Positions 44,698-54,927 are shown, counted from the first letter of the stretch. The stretch is DNA of 64,000 nt from Acidobacteriota bacterium (GCA_040756905.1 JBFLYD010000009.1:4854-68853), one strand, 5' to 3'. The notes: generated from the letters alone by a model not told the origin. Translations and numbers: made by a program.

Positions 44698-45013
44698 TAA
44701 AAATTTGGGCAGCAAGGGTGACTTCGAAAACACTTATTAAGAAGGCAACCATCCCCTTCGCTCAGGATCTCCTCGCATCAAAATCTAAGCTCGTTCGCTC
44801 AAATAATCTCCTATCCCTTAGAGTCTTATCTTCTCTCATCTTTTAAATCCTCTCTCGCTCCCGTTCATTTCATCATTTCTCTTCCATTGATCTAAAATAT
44901 AGGAGATTATTCTCACTCACTTCGCAGATTTTTAGATGCTCGTCGATATATCGCTCAGAAGATGGTTGCCTTCTTTTTTTAATTAAGTTTTCTTCGCCAC
45001 CCTTGCTGCCCAT
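44698..45013 (+). mobile_element. Repeat family R1, second full copy (about 316 bp), inserted immediately after the lptB stop codon.
   Basis: Left end aaaaatttgggcagcaagggtgacttcgaaaacac and right end ttttcttcgccacccttgctgccca. Internal 13-bp perfect inverted repeat gaaggcaaccatc (44748) / gatggttgccttc (44961). Confidence 0.6.
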
Positions 45014-45041
45014 AATTATACTTGGTTAATCTTTTCTAATG

Positions 45042-45758
45042 CTAACTGTATATTTTGAAGGAAAGAATTGTTGTGATACTCAAAATTGCCAGTCTTAAAA
45101 GAAAAATTATCCCGAGAATTATCAGGGATTTTTTAAGAGAAAATTTCGTAAATTTAGAAACCCCAAAAGAGAGCACTATATATGACCATATTGTAAAAAA
45201 ATCTATAAAGGTTAAAACATGATAGATGGGGTCTTTGTATGTAAGTGCTGGGAAAAAAATCGAAATTCCTGTTGAAACAGTGAGATAAGTTTTCTTTAGC
45301 ATGACGAGAGCAGATTTAACCCCGCTTCCTAAAAAGTAGTCTATATAACTGGAATAAAGAGTAGCACACCAGAATTCTTTAAAACTTCCCTCACCTCCAA
45401 GCATCTTAATTATTATCGTTAATGTACCTGTGAAGATTAGAAATGGAAATATTAAAGCTATAAGTGAATTTATCAGAGTTTGAATGATTCTACTTTTCTC
45501 TCCTGGATTTGCTATCTTTTCCAGCTGTTCCTCAGTAATTCTTTGCGATAGTTTTGTGCTACTTTTTATCATTTCTACCCTGTCTTTAACCTGGATGGGA
45601 AAGGTGATGTAAGCAAAAATAATTGAAGTAATCAAGATTACTATAAATGGTTCATACCAGGGTGATTTTTCATGAAGTCTCTGCATTGTTTTTACAGGTT
45701 CAAAAAAAATTCCCATAAATCGAGAGAATCCATTGTTCATTCTTTTTTTTCTCCTCAA
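45042..45758 (-). CDS. Yip1-like polytopic membrane protein, last gene of the HlyD-ABC operon.
   Basis: 238 aa with six predicted TM helices after a roughly 38-aa N-terminal region. Confidence 0.5.
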   Translation of the reverse strand: MRRKKRMNNGFSRFMGIFFEPVKTMQRLHEKSPWYEPFIVILITSIIFAYITFPIQVKDRVEMIKSSTKLSQRITEEQLEKIANPGEKSRIIQTLINSLIALIFPFLIFTGTLTIIIKMLGGEGSFKEFWCATLYSSYIDYFLGSGVKSALVMLKKTYLTVSTGISIFFPALTYKDPIYHVLTFIDFFTIWSYIVLSFGVSKFTKFSLKKSLIILGIIFLLRLAILSITTILSFKIYS

Positions 45759-45763
45759 TATAT

Positions 45764-46456
45764 TTAAATTTGATTGAGAACTTCTTTTTCTATTTTTCCG
45801 TCTCTTATATATACGATTCTTTGGGCCTCAGAGGCAACATAATTTTCATGGGTGACTACAATGATTGTGTTCCCAATCTGGTGAAGCTTTTTGAATACTT
45901 TCAGTATTTCTTGACCCGAAACTGAATCTAAATTTCCTGTTGGTTCATCAGCCAGGATGATAGACGGATTGTTAACGAGTGCCCTTGCTATTGCTACTTT
46001 TTGTCTCTGTCCTCCTGAGAGTTCTGAAGGTCTGTGATTTTTTCTATCAAGTAAATCAACCATTTTTAATGCGTTGATGACTTTTTCCGTTCTTTCTTTT
46101 TTTGGTGTTCCATTGTAGATAAGAGGCAATTCTACATTATGAAATGCGTTTGCATTTGGAAGAAGATTAAAAACCTGAAATACAAATCCAATTTCTTTAT
46201 TTCTTATTAATGCAAGTTCTTCCTCATTTAATGAGCTTACTAACTTTCCATTCAGGTAATATTCACCTTTTGTTGGTCTGTCGAGACATCCAAGAATGTT
46301 CATAAGAGTTGATTTACCAGAACCAGAAGGTCCAATAACTGCTATGTATTCATTTCTTTTGATATTTAAGGAAATTCCCCTTAAAGCCTGGACCTCTTCT
46401 TTTCCGATTTTATAAATCTTCCATATGTTCTCTGTGGTTATTAAATGATCATTCAT
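45764..46456 (-). CDS. ABC transporter ATP-binding protein (MacB/LolD/FtsE-type ATPase).
   Basis: Walker [25 protein letters not shown] and Walker [12 protein letters not shown]. 230 aa. Confidence 0.85.
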   Translation of the reverse strand: MNDHLITTENIWKIYKIGKEEVQALRGISLNIKRNEYIAVIGPSGSGKSTLMNILGCLDRPTKGEYYLNGKLVSSLNEEELALIRNKEIGFVFQVFNLLPNANAFHNVELPLIYNGTPKKERTEKVINALKMVDLLDRKNHRPSELSGGQRQKVAIARALVNNPSIILADEPTGNLDSVSGQEILKVFKKLHQIGNTIIVVTHENYVASEAQRIVYIRDGKIEKEVLNQI

Positions 46457-46469
46457 ACCTGATAATTCT

Positions 46470-47645
46470 TTATTTTTTCTTGATTTTTACTCTATCTCCA
46501 TCTTTCAATTCTCTTAAAGATTTATAAGGTCCCACAACTATTGTATCTCCTTCTCTAAGCCCGGATAAAATCTCAACTCTCATTTCTCCCATTACACCCC
46601 TTTCTGCTTTCTGGAAAAAAACTTGAGAATCTTTAATAACAAAAATGCCTTCCTCCTCTTTTTTTTCTTCTTTTTTTTCTCTTACCACAACAGAGGATAT
46701 AGGGATCGTCAGCACTCCATTTCTAATGGCAGTGATTATATCAACCGATGAGGAGAGGCCGGGTTTTAATTGTTCGGGAGGATTTTTTAAAGTTATAACT
46801 ACCTTGAAATCTTTTGCCTCTTTTGTGGAAGTGCCCAATCCTTTCTCGATTGCAGAGCTTCCAATTTCTGTGACAAATCCCCTTAATTTTTTATCCGGCA
46901 AAGCATCAACTGTGATTTCGGTCTCATGACCTGCTCTTATTCCAACTATATCAGTTTCATCAACTTCAACTTCAACCTCCATTTCTGAAAGGTCTGCTAT
47001 TGTTAAAAGAACTGTTCCTGGGTTGTTCATGGTTCCTATAACTGCCACTTCTCCCTCTTCTACTTTGAGACTTGTTACCACACCGTTCAAAGGAGATTTG
47101 ATTATCGTTTTTTCAAAATTATCTTTTGAGCTTTTAAGGGAAGCCCTTGCCTGTTCAATTTTATATTTTAAGCTTTTTACCTGGGCAAGGTTCATTTCAT
47201 ACTGAGCTTTTGCATTTTCTAATTGTTCATCTGAGATAAGTTTTTCTTTGTGAAGTTGAGTGTACCTTTCAAAGGTATTTTTAGTTTTTTCCAGATTAAT
47301 CATTGTCTGGCGAAGGTCTTCTTCAAAGGAAAGAATGAGAGCTTTGTCCCGTTCAACATTTGCCTCGTACTGAGTTGAGTCGAGTTTCATCAGAATAGAA
47401 TTTTCACTTACCTTCTCTCCCTCTTTTACGTAGATTTTTTCAATCCTCCCTGGAATATGGGCAGAAATGTTAACATATTTTTTAGGTTTGATGGTTCCAG
47501 AAGCAGATACTTTTGAGATAAGGTTACTCTTTGTTACTTTCTCTGTTTCCACCTCAATAGGAGGTTTTCCCCGCCTAATGTTTAATAAAATTATGACAGA
47601 TATAACGACCATTACTACTGCAATGATTATTGTTTTCTTCTTCAT
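46470..47645 (-). CDS. HlyD/MacA-family periplasmic adaptor (membrane fusion protein).
   Basis: N-terminal TM, a coiled-coil hairpin region ([12 protein letters not shown]...[14 protein letters not shown]), then beta-barrel/lipoyl-like segments. 391 aa. Confidence 0.8.
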   Translation of the reverse strand: MKKKTIIIAVVMVVISVIILLNIRRGKPPIEVETEKVTKSNLISKVSASGTIKPKKYVNISAHIPGRIEKIYVKEGEKVSENSILMKLDSTQYEANVERDKALILSFEEDLRQTMINLEKTKNTFERYTQLHKEKLISDEQLENAKAQYEMNLAQVKSLKYKIEQARASLKSSKDNFEKTIIKSPLNGVVTSLKVEEGEVAVIGTMNNPGTVLLTIADLSEMEVEVEVDETDIVGIRAGHETEITVDALPDKKLRGFVTEIGSSAIEKGLGTSTKEAKDFKVVITLKNPPEQLKPGLSSSVDIITAIRNGVLTIPISSVVVREKKEEKKEEEGIFVIKDSQVFFQKAERGVMGEMRVEILSGLREGDTIVVGPYKSLRELKDGDRVKIKKK

Positions 47646-47714
47646 TTCTTTTCTCCGTTATCTTTCACTAAGATTATACGATATAATGTATTAAAAGTTT
47701 AAGATTATTTATTT

Positions 47715-47741
47715 TTGACAAAATTTTAGATAGAATATAAA
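47715..47741 (+). promoter_or_regulatory. Candidate promoter for the DUF465 gene.
   Basis: TTGACA, a spacer of 15-16 nt, then TATAAA. GGGGGT RBS before the ATG at 47822. Confidence 0.3.
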
Positions 47742-47821
47742 ATTCGATAAGTGAAAGAAATCTTAAACTTAGACAAGAGAAACAGGAAATTTCAAAATCA
47801 ATTGATAAATAAGGGGGTAAA

Positions 47822-48049
47822 ATGAAAGAAGAAGAAATTAAGAAGGTTCTTTTGAGTGAAAATGAAGAATTTAAAAAGCTGTATGACTCTCATCAAAAAT
47901 ATGAGAAAGAATTACAAGAATTATCATCAAAAAAATTTTTAACCGATGATGAGAGATTAGAGATTAAAAGGATTAAAAAAGAAAAATTGATCTTAAAAGA
48001 TAAAATGCAGTTGATTATGGAGCAATATCAAACATCGCTTAAAAAATAA
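47822..48049 (+). CDS. DUF465 (YdcH-like) small protein.
   Basis: 75 aa with EEFKKLYDSHQKYEKELQEL...LTDDERLEIKRIKKEKLILKD, typical of DUF465. Confidence 0.6.
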   Translation: MKEEEIKKVLLSENEEFKKLYDSHQKYEKELQELSSKKFLTDDERLEIKRIKKEKLILKDKMQLIMEQYQTSLKK

Positions 48050-48058
48050 GAATAAAAA

Positions 48059-48682
48059 ATGGCAAAAGAAGGCATCTTTATCATCATAATTCTAATGCTA
48101 ATTGCGTCTATATTTATTTTGATTTTCAACAAATTAACTATTTTAATAATTTTTATTCTCATTGCAGCTTTTGTCGGGTTTTTCTTCAGAGATCCAGAAA
48201 GAATTCCTTTTTTAGAAAAAGGTGTGATACTTTCTCCTGCAGATGGAAAAATGATAAAGGTTGAAAAAATAAATGACAATTCTTTTGCAAATGAAAATTC
48301 TATTAAAATAAGCATATTTTTATCTTTGTATGATGTTCATGTAAACAGGTCTCCTGTAGAAGGAATAGTGGAAAAAATAGTCTATAAAAAAGGAAAGTTT
48401 TTTCCAGCGTATAAGGGTAATGCCTCAGATTTAAATGAACAGAATGTTATACATATAAAGGGTGAAAAAGAGAGGATAATTCTGAAACAGATTGCAGGAA
48501 TATTAGCAAGAAGAATAAAGTGTTATTTAAAGGAAAATCAGAAAGTTTTACCAGGGGAGAGAATAGGTCTTATCATGTTCGGATCAAGGGTGGAACTTTT
48601 CCTTCCTGCGAGTGTCAACCTGCTTGTAAAAGAGGGGGATAAAGTTAAAGGAGGAAAGACAATAATAGGGAGATTTGAATGA
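48059..48682 (+). CDS. psd: Phosphatidylserine decarboxylase proenzyme (short archaeal-type Psd).
   Basis: N-terminal TM, then RSPVEGIV and LIMFGSRVELFLP, the self-cleavage GS(T/R) region. Confidence 0.8.
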   Translation: MAKEGIFIIIILMLIASIFILIFNKLTILIIFILIAAFVGFFFRDPERIPFLEKGVILSPADGKMIKVEKINDNSFANENSIKISIFLSLYDVHVNRSPVEGIVEKIVYKKGKFFPAYKGNASDLNEQNVIHIKGEKERIILKQIAGILARRIKCYLKENQKVLPGERIGLIMFGSRVELFLPASVNLLVKEGDKVKGGKTIIGRFE

Positions 48683-49461
48683 TAAGAAAACGCATCAGAA
48701 GAAAAAGAACAAAACTAAGAAAAAGAATTGAAGGACTCCATCTTATTCCTGCAGTACTTACAATTGCCAATTTATTTTTTGGCTTTCTCGCAATAAAAAA
48801 TGTCATTTCTGAAAAATTTAAAATAGCTGCTCTAATGATTATTATTTCATGGATTCTGGATATACTCGATGGAAGAATTGCGAGGATTACAAAATCCGCA
48901 TCACACTTTGGAATTCAGATTGATTCTCTTGCAGATGCAATTTCCTTTGGCATAGCTCCTTCTTTACTGATTTATTACTGGGCTTTGAAAAACTTTTATC
49001 ATATTGGATGGGTGTTTGGATTTATATATTTAATGGCAGGAGTTTTGAGACTTGCAAGGTTTAATATAACTGCAGTTCCAGGAGAGGAGAAGAAGTATTT
49101 TATCGGATTACCAATCCCTGCCGCAGCAGTCTCAATTGCTGGCTTTGTTCTGTATAACAACAAAGTTGTGGAAGACAAACTGATTTTAATTCTACTAACA
49201 ATTTACATTCTATTTATTTCTTTGTTGATGATAAGCAATCTGAAATATACAAGCTATGAAAAATTGAATTTTAAGATTACAAAAAATTTCTGGATATTTT
49301 TGGTCTTGGCTATGTTTTTTGGGGTGTTTTATTTTTACTCTCAAATATCTGTTCTTTTAATCATTGTGCCATATATTTTTTATGCTCCATTTTTGTTGCT
49401 TCGGAAAAAGATGTTGACATTAATTAAAAAGAGAGAAAGAGAAGTTCTCGATGCCCAATAG
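48679..49461 (+). CDS. pssA: CDP-diacylglycerol--serine O-phosphatidyltransferase (PssA, CDP-alcohol phosphatidyltransferase family).
   Basis: DILDGRIARITKSASHFGIQIDSLADAISFG, matching DxxDGxxAR...GxxxDxxxD. Multi-TM. Confidence 0.8.
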   Translation: MIRKRIRRKRTKLRKRIEGLHLIPAVLTIANLFFGFLAIKNVISEKFKIAALMIIISWILDILDGRIARITKSASHFGIQIDSLADAISFGIAPSLLIYYWALKNFYHIGWVFGFIYLMAGVLRLARFNITAVPGEEKKYFIGLPIPAAAVSIAGFVLYNNKVVEDKLILILLTIYILFISLLMISNLKYTSYEKLNFKITKNFWIFLVLAMFFGVFYFYSQISVLLIIVPYIFYAPFLLLRKKMLTLIKKREREVLDAQ

Positions 49462-50464
49462 AAATTACAATTTAGCCATCCTTGGAGCAAATTCGTTTAG
49501 AGGCAAAGAGATTAAGAATCTGATAGAAAAGGCGGCTTTTCCATTGCGAAATATTGAATTTTTTGATTTCTCAGTAAAAGAGGAATGGAGCTTGTTAACA
49601 GAATTCAAAAATGAGGCAAAAATTGTAAGATATCCAGATGAAAATTATTTAGAGGATATCGATCTAATTTTTTTAGTCTCGGATACAGAATTCAATAAAG
49701 AATGGGGCAAGAAGGCAAAAAAAAAGAAAATTTTCGCAATCGACCTTGAATTTACCTTTAATGAAGAAGAGAACATTCCTTTAATAGTTGATGGAGTTAA
49801 CGAAGAACTATTGAAATTTGATGATTATATAGTTGCTAATCCCCATCCTATTGCTATTATTCTAAGCCTGGTTTTTAATTTTTTTGAAAAAAATTTTAAG
49901 ATAAAAAAAGCAATATCCATTTTTTATCAACCAGTATCAGAGTATCAGGATGAAGGAATAAAAGAATTTATTTCTCAAACGGTGGGAGTCTTAAACCTTA
50001 CTCAAATTCCTAAATCGATCTTTAAAGAACAGGTCGCCTTCAACATTATATCTCAGGTAGGGAAAGTTTCAGAGGATGGTATCACAGATCTCGAAAAAAA
50101 GATAATAAAAGAGACTGAAAGAATTTTGAGAAGAAGCGAGTTCTTTTCTCTTTCAATCATTCAAGTTCCAGTTTTTCATTCTTATTCTTCAATGATTTAT
50201 GTTGAATTTCCAGAAGAGATCCCATTTGAAGAAATTGAAAACCGGATGAAAAAAGTTCCCTTTTTTAAAATATTTCCATTAAAATCCGATCCTCCCACTC
50301 CTGTATCAGCATCAGGAGAAGATCGTATCTTTATCAAACTGAAGAAGGACCCTAATTTTCCTAATTGTTATTGGATATGGCTTGTTGCTGATAATTTAAG
50401 AAGAGGATGCACCTTAAATGCAATTCAAATTGCAAAAAATTTGTTGAATAGATTTCTTGTATGA
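49451..50464 (+). CDS. Asd/ArgC-like semialdehyde dehydrogenase-fold protein; the catalytic Cys and the GxxGxxG motif appear to be absent.
   Basis: Collinear with aspartate-semialdehyde dehydrogenase as recalled. ILGANSFRG occupies the Rossmann position, IVANPHPIAIILSLV replaces ANPNCSTI, and QVPVFHSYSSMIYVEF resembles RVPVFxGHSEAVxVEF. Confidence 0.5.
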   Translation: MPNRNYNLAILGANSFRGKEIKNLIEKAAFPLRNIEFFDFSVKEEWSLLTEFKNEAKIVRYPDENYLEDIDLIFLVSDTEFNKEWGKKAKKKKIFAIDLEFTFNEEENIPLIVDGVNEELLKFDDYIVANPHPIAIILSLVFNFFEKNFKIKKAISIFYQPVSEYQDEGIKEFISQTVGVLNLTQIPKSIFKEQVAFNIISQVGKVSEDGITDLEKKIIKETERILRRSEFFSLSIIQVPVFHSYSSMIYVEFPEEIPFEEIENRMKKVPFFKIFPLKSDPPTPVSASGEDRIFIKLKKDPNFPNCYWIWLVADNLRRGCTLNAIQIAKNLLNRFLV

Positions 50465-52266
50465 ATGATTATATAAAATTATTTTCCCTTATAAGCAAAA
50501 ACTGGAAAAAGATCGGTATCGCAATTTTTTCAATGGCGATGGTTGCTTTTTTTACAGCTACATTTACCCTCCTCATTCAACCAATCATGGATCATCTCTT
50601 TTTAAAAGGTTCAAAGGAAGCCCCTGTTGCATTTATTCCAAGAGATTTATTTTTGAAAATATTCCACATTCAAGAAACTCAACTTGAAGGTCTTCTACCA
50701 TTCCTTTTAGTTATGGTTTTTCTTGGAAAAGGATTTTTTACATTTTTATCCTCGTACAAAATGACTTCAATAGGCTTGACTGTTGTAAAATCCCTTAGAG
50801 ATAAACTTTATTCTCATCTCATAGATCAACCGATAAATTTTTTTATCAATAGGCCCACAGGAGAATTAATATCAAGGGTTACCAATGATATTGATAGAAT
50901 TCAGACAGCTCTTTCTGAAACTCTTGGAGATCTAATAAGAGAATCTTTTACTTTGATAGGTCTTCTATTTGTAATATTTTATCAGGACTGGAAATTAGCT
51001 TTCATATCATTACTTTTAATTCCAATGGCATCGATTCCCATAATCGGATTCGGTAAGAAGCTTAAGAGAAAAGGGCTTCTCGGTCAGAAAAAGATGGCTG
51101 ATATTTCAAATATTATTTTTGAAACTGTTAAAGGAAACAGAATAGTCAAAGCTTTTAACATGGAGAAGTTTGAAAAGAAAAAGTTTTTAAAATTAACAGA
51201 TGATCATTTCAAAGTTCATCTGAAAATGTCTCGAATTAGCTCATTTAACTCACCTTTCATGGAGTTTTTAGGAGCCTTCGTTGCTGCGTTTATTCTTTGG
51301 GTGGGAACGAGGAAGATAGTATCAGGAGCTGTAACCCCTGGACAATTTACTTCTTTTCTCACGGCGATGTTTTTAATGTATGCTCCAGTAAAAAGGTTAA
51401 GCAAGGTTAATTTTAATATTCAACAAGCTCTTGTTGGATTGGAAAGAATAGAAGAAATTATGAAAGAGCAACCCGAAGTTAAAGAAAGGGGTGGATTATT
51501 AACTCTTCCAAGAGTTAAAGGTTTACTGGAGTTTAGAAATGTAAGCTTTTCATATAGCGATAAAAATTTTGTTCTGAAAGATGTGAGTTTTAAAGCTGAA
51601 CCTGGTGAGTTAGTAGCAATTGTTGGATTGAGTGGAGCAGGTAAAACAACTTTGATAAACCTCATTCCGAGATTTTATGAAATGAACTTGGGTGAGATAA
51701 CGATTGATAATTATGATATAAGAAGTATTACTCTAAGTTCTTTAAGAGCTCAGATTGGGTTGGTTACCCAGGATATAATTCTTTTTAACGATACAGTTAA
51801 GAACAATATTGTCTATGGATTAGAGAACATATCCGAAGTAAAGATTGTTGAATCCGCAAAAGCAGCGATGGCTCATGATTTTATAATGAATCTTTCAGAT
51901 GGATATGAAACTGTGATAGGCGAGGGTGGCCAGATTCTTTCCCTTGGACAAAGACAGAGAATAGCAATTGCAAGGGCGATATTAAAAGACCCTCCAATTC
52001 TTATCCTTGATGAAGCCACATCCCAGCTTGATTCTGAATCTGAGAGAGCTATCCAGATGGCCCTTGAAAATTTAATGAAGAATCGAACAACCATTGTTAT
52101 AGCTCATAGACTTTCCACGATTAGGAAAGCTGACAAGATATTGGTAATAGATAAAGGAACTATCGTTGAGCAAGGCACTCATGAAAGTTTATTGAAAAAG
52201 AGGGGAATATATGCCCATCTTTATGTCCTGCAATTTCCTGAATTACTCAACGAGCAACAGGCATGA
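50461..52266 (+). CDS. msbA: Lipid A/lipid export ABC transporter, fused permease-ATPase (MsbA-like).
   Basis: Six-TM N-terminal domain. Walker A GLSGAGKTT, LSLGQRQRIAIARAIL, Walker B ILILDEATSQLD and the H-loop IAHRLST. Confidence 0.85.
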   Translation: MNDYIKLFSLISKNWKKIGIAIFSMAMVAFFTATFTLLIQPIMDHLFLKGSKEAPVAFIPRDLFLKIFHIQETQLEGLLPFLLVMVFLGKGFFTFLSSYKMTSIGLTVVKSLRDKLYSHLIDQPINFFINRPTGELISRVTNDIDRIQTALSETLGDLIRESFTLIGLLFVIFYQDWKLAFISLLLIPMASIPIIGFGKKLKRKGLLGQKKMADISNIIFETVKGNRIVKAFNMEKFEKKKFLKLTDDHFKVHLKMSRISSFNSPFMEFLGAFVAAFILWVGTRKIVSGAVTPGQFTSFLTAMFLMYAPVKRLSKVNFNIQQALVGLERIEEIMKEQPEVKERGGLLTLPRVKGLLEFRNVSFSYSDKNFVLKDVSFKAEPGELVAIVGLSGAGKTTLINLIPRFYEMNLGEITIDNYDIRSITLSSLRAQIGLVTQDIILFNDTVKNNIVYGLENISEVKIVESAKAAMAHDFIMNLSDGYETVIGEGGQILSLGQRQRIAIARAILKDPPILILDEATSQLDSESERAIQMALENLMKNRTTIVIAHRLSTIRKADKILVIDKGTIVEQGTHESLLKKRGIYAHLYVLQFPELLNEQQA

Positions 52267-53117
52267 TAAACAGTATGACAGGTTATGCTCAAAAGAGGTT
52301 TTTTTATCCTGGTCTCGACTTTTTTATTTCGTTGAAATCAGAAAATCATAGATATTTTGAATGGGAGTTTAGATCCAATCCTCAAATTGTTGAACTTGAA
52401 AAGAGAATTTTAAAAATAGTAAAAAAGGAGATTTTTAGAGGAAAGATATATATAAATTTTGAAATAAATTTTTTAAATTCAGATAGATGGAAAATTAATT
52501 TTAACGCATTTCTTTTTGATAAAATTTTGAATCACTATCCATTGCTGAAAAATGAGGTCATCAAGTTCCCAGAGATATTTTCTCTTAAGCTAAATGAGTC
52601 AGCTATATCTAATGAAGACTGGAGAAAATTCGAGAAAGGATTCAGAGAAGTCCTGAATATGATCCTCAAGGAAAGAAAAAAGGAGGGGAAGTTTATCGAA
52701 AAAAATTTGAAAGCCTCCATAGGGAAAATTGAATTTTCTTTAAACAATATAGAAAAAAATGTCTCATGGCATTCAGAAGAAGTAAAAAGAAATCTCAGTT
52801 CAAAGATAGAAAAAATGCTTGATCGATCACCCGAAGATAAAGGTAGATTTTTTGAGGAAATTGCGTATTTATCCCAGAGAATGGATATTTCTGAAGAAAT
52901 AACAAGGATAAAATCGCATGTAAATGCTTTAAGAAAAATTATCGAAATAAAAAACAAAATTTCTAAGGGTAAAAACATGGATTTTCTGGTTCAGGAGATT
53001 CTAAGAGAAGTAAACACAATAAATTCAAAGACTGAAAATATTAAGATAATAAGGGAAGGATTGAAGATAAAGGCAGAGGTTGATAAAATTAGAGAACAGG
53101 CAAGGAATGTAGAATGA
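52263..53117 (+). CDS. yicC: YicC-family protein.
   Basis: N-terminal MINSMTGYAQ (the MTGFG-like start). 284 aa with a C-terminal DUF1732-like coiled region. Confidence 0.7.
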   Translation: MINSMTGYAQKRFFYPGLDFFISLKSENHRYFEWEFRSNPQIVELEKRILKIVKKEIFRGKIYINFEINFLNSDRWKINFNAFLFDKILNHYPLLKNEVIKFPEIFSLKLNESAISNEDWRKFEKGFREVLNMILKERKKEGKFIEKNLKASIGKIEFSLNNIEKNVSWHSEEVKRNLSSKIEKMLDRSPEDKGRFFEEIAYLSQRMDISEEITRIKSHVNALRKIIEIKNKISKGKNMDFLVQEILREVNTINSKTENIKIIREGLKIKAEVDKIREQARNVE

Positions 53118-53725
53118 AAGGTTCGATTGTATTTGTAATTACAGGACCATCTGGTTCAGGAAAGTCCACCCTTGTTAAACTATTACTGAATTCTATCCCG
53201 GATATTTATTTTACAGTTTCTCATACCACCAGAGAATCTCGGCCGAATGAATTGAATGGAACCGATTATTATTTTGTTTCAGAAGAAAAATTTAAAAAAA
53301 TGATAAATCAGGAAAAATTTCTGGAATGGGCTATAGTTCATGGAAATTATTATGGCACCTCTCATTCAGAGATAAACAGGGGTATTAAAAAAGGGATTGA
53401 CCTCCTGTTAGATCTTGATATACAGGGTGCTATGAATATAAGGAAGAAACTCAAGAATTGTGTATTTATATTTGTAGTTCCACCTTCAATCAATGAGATA
53501 AAAAAAAGGATTATTTTAAGGGGTACTGAAGATGAATCAGAGATTGGAAAAAGATTAAAGAATGCAAAGAATGAGATTAAAAAATGGAAATCATTTGAAT
53601 ACATTGTAATTAATGATAGCCTTAAAAGAGCGGTTTATGAACTCCAATCAATAATAAATGCGGAAAGGGCAAAAAGATTTAGAAGGGAAGAAAAAATAAA
53701 AGAGCTATTCTTAAATTTTTATTAA
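53114..53725 (+). CDS. gmk: Guanylate kinase.
   Basis: [29 protein letters not shown](L)NGTDYYFVS and WAIVHGNYYGTS. Confidence 0.9.
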   Translation: MKGSIVFVITGPSGSGKSTLVKLLLNSIPDIYFTVSHTTRESRPNELNGTDYYFVSEEKFKKMINQEKFLEWAIVHGNYYGTSHSEINRGIKKGIDLLLDLDIQGAMNIRKKLKNCVFIFVVPPSINEIKKRIILRGTEDESEIGKRLKNAKNEIKKWKSFEYIVINDSLKRAVYELQSIINAERAKRFRREEKIKELFLNFY

Positions 53726-53728
53726 AAA

Positions 53729-54907
53729 ATGAAGATTGCATTAGGAGTTTGTTCATCAATCAGTGCTTATAAATCTGTGGAGATAATGCGGGAATTTCAA
53801 AAAAAGAATGTCGAAGTAGAGGTTATAATGACAAAGAATGCTACTAAGCTGATTTCGCCCCTTACCTTTCAGGTTCTCTCCAGAAAAAAAGTCTATGTGG
53901 AACAGTTTGATGAAATAGAAACAGAAGTAGCCCACATAAAACTTTCTAAGGAAATTTCCCTTTTGGTGGTTGCTCCTGCCACTGCTAACATTATTTCAAA
54001 ATTTGCTTCTGGAATAGCAGATGATTTTTTAAGCACACTATTCATTTCAGTTAAATGCCCTGTTCTTATAGCTCCAGCCATGCATTCAGAGATGTATAAT
54101 AACCCTATAATACAGCAGAATATGGAGAAGCTGAAATTGATGGGTGTTCATTTTGTAGAGCCATCATTTGGATATCTTGCCTCTGGAGATGAAGGCATTG
54201 GAAGGCTGGCTGATCCTCATTGTATAGTTGATAAGGCCATGGAAATTTTAAACATCAAGCAATCTTTAAAAGGAAAGAAAATAATGGTGACTGCAGGACC
54301 AACTCAGGAAAGTATAGACCCTGTGAGGATAATCACTAATAGGTCTTCTGGAAAAATGGGGATTTTTCTTGCTGAAGAGGCAGAAAAAAGGGGTGCTGCA
54401 GTAAAGTTAATATTGGGTCCTACATTGCAAAAGGCCAACATAAGAGGTGAATTGATAAATGTGGAAACAACATTAGATATGGAAAAAGAATGTCTCAAAC
54501 ATTGGAATGAAACTGATATAGGAATAATGGCAGCCGCACCTTCTGATTATAGACCAACTGAATATTTTAGAGATAAGATAAAAAAGGAGAATGAAAAAAT
54601 AAGTTTAGAGTTCCTACGAAATCCGGATATATTAAAACAGATGGGCGAGAAAAAGGGTGATAAAATTCTCATTGGATTTGCTGCAGAATCAGAAAATAAA
54701 ATAAATAATGCAAAGAAGAAATTGATGGAAAAAAATTTGGATTTTATAGTTTTAAACGATATTACTAAAAAGGGGATAGGGTTTGGGTCTGATTTTAATG
54801 AGATATCGATAATCCATAGAAATGGAAGAATATTAAAATCCGGAAGGAAAACTAAAAGAGAAATTGCATCACTTATAATCGATGAAATAGAAAAAATCAT
54901 AAAATAA
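53729..54907 (+). CDS. coaBC: Bifunctional phosphopantothenoylcysteine decarboxylase/phosphopantothenate--cysteine ligase CoaBC.
   Basis: N-terminal flavoprotein region (IALGVCSSISAYKSVEIMR...PAMHSEMY) and a C-terminal ligase region (KIMVTAGPTQE...NRSSGKMG). 392 aa. Confidence 0.9.
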   Translation: MKIALGVCSSISAYKSVEIMREFQKKNVEVEVIMTKNATKLISPLTFQVLSRKKVYVEQFDEIETEVAHIKLSKEISLLVVAPATANIISKFASGIADDFLSTLFISVKCPVLIAPAMHSEMYNNPIIQQNMEKLKLMGVHFVEPSFGYLASGDEGIGRLADPHCIVDKAMEILNIKQSLKGKKIMVTAGPTQESIDPVRIITNRSSGKMGIFLAEEAEKRGAAVKLILGPTLQKANIRGELINVETTLDMEKECLKHWNETDIGIMAAAPSDYRPTEYFRDKIKKENEKISLEFLRNPDILKQMGEKKGDKILIGFAAESENKINNAKKKLMEKNLDFIVLNDITKKGIGFGSDFNEISIIHRNGRILKSGRKTKREIASLIIDEIEKIIK

Positions 54908-54927
54908 TTCTTTTCCCATTCTTCAAA

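Noticed and set aside
41560-45013. Possibility that the recurring R1/R2 sequences are a CRISPR array.
   Set aside because: Copies are 230-316 bp or 73-150 bp, irregularly spaced (kilobases apart) and in both orientations. They are separated by full-length genes, with no short regular repeat-spacer periodicity and no cas genes.
53725-53729. Expected rpoZ between gmk and coaBC.
   Set aside because: Only 3 nt separate the two genes, so no omega-subunit gene can be encoded here. It must be elsewhere or absent.
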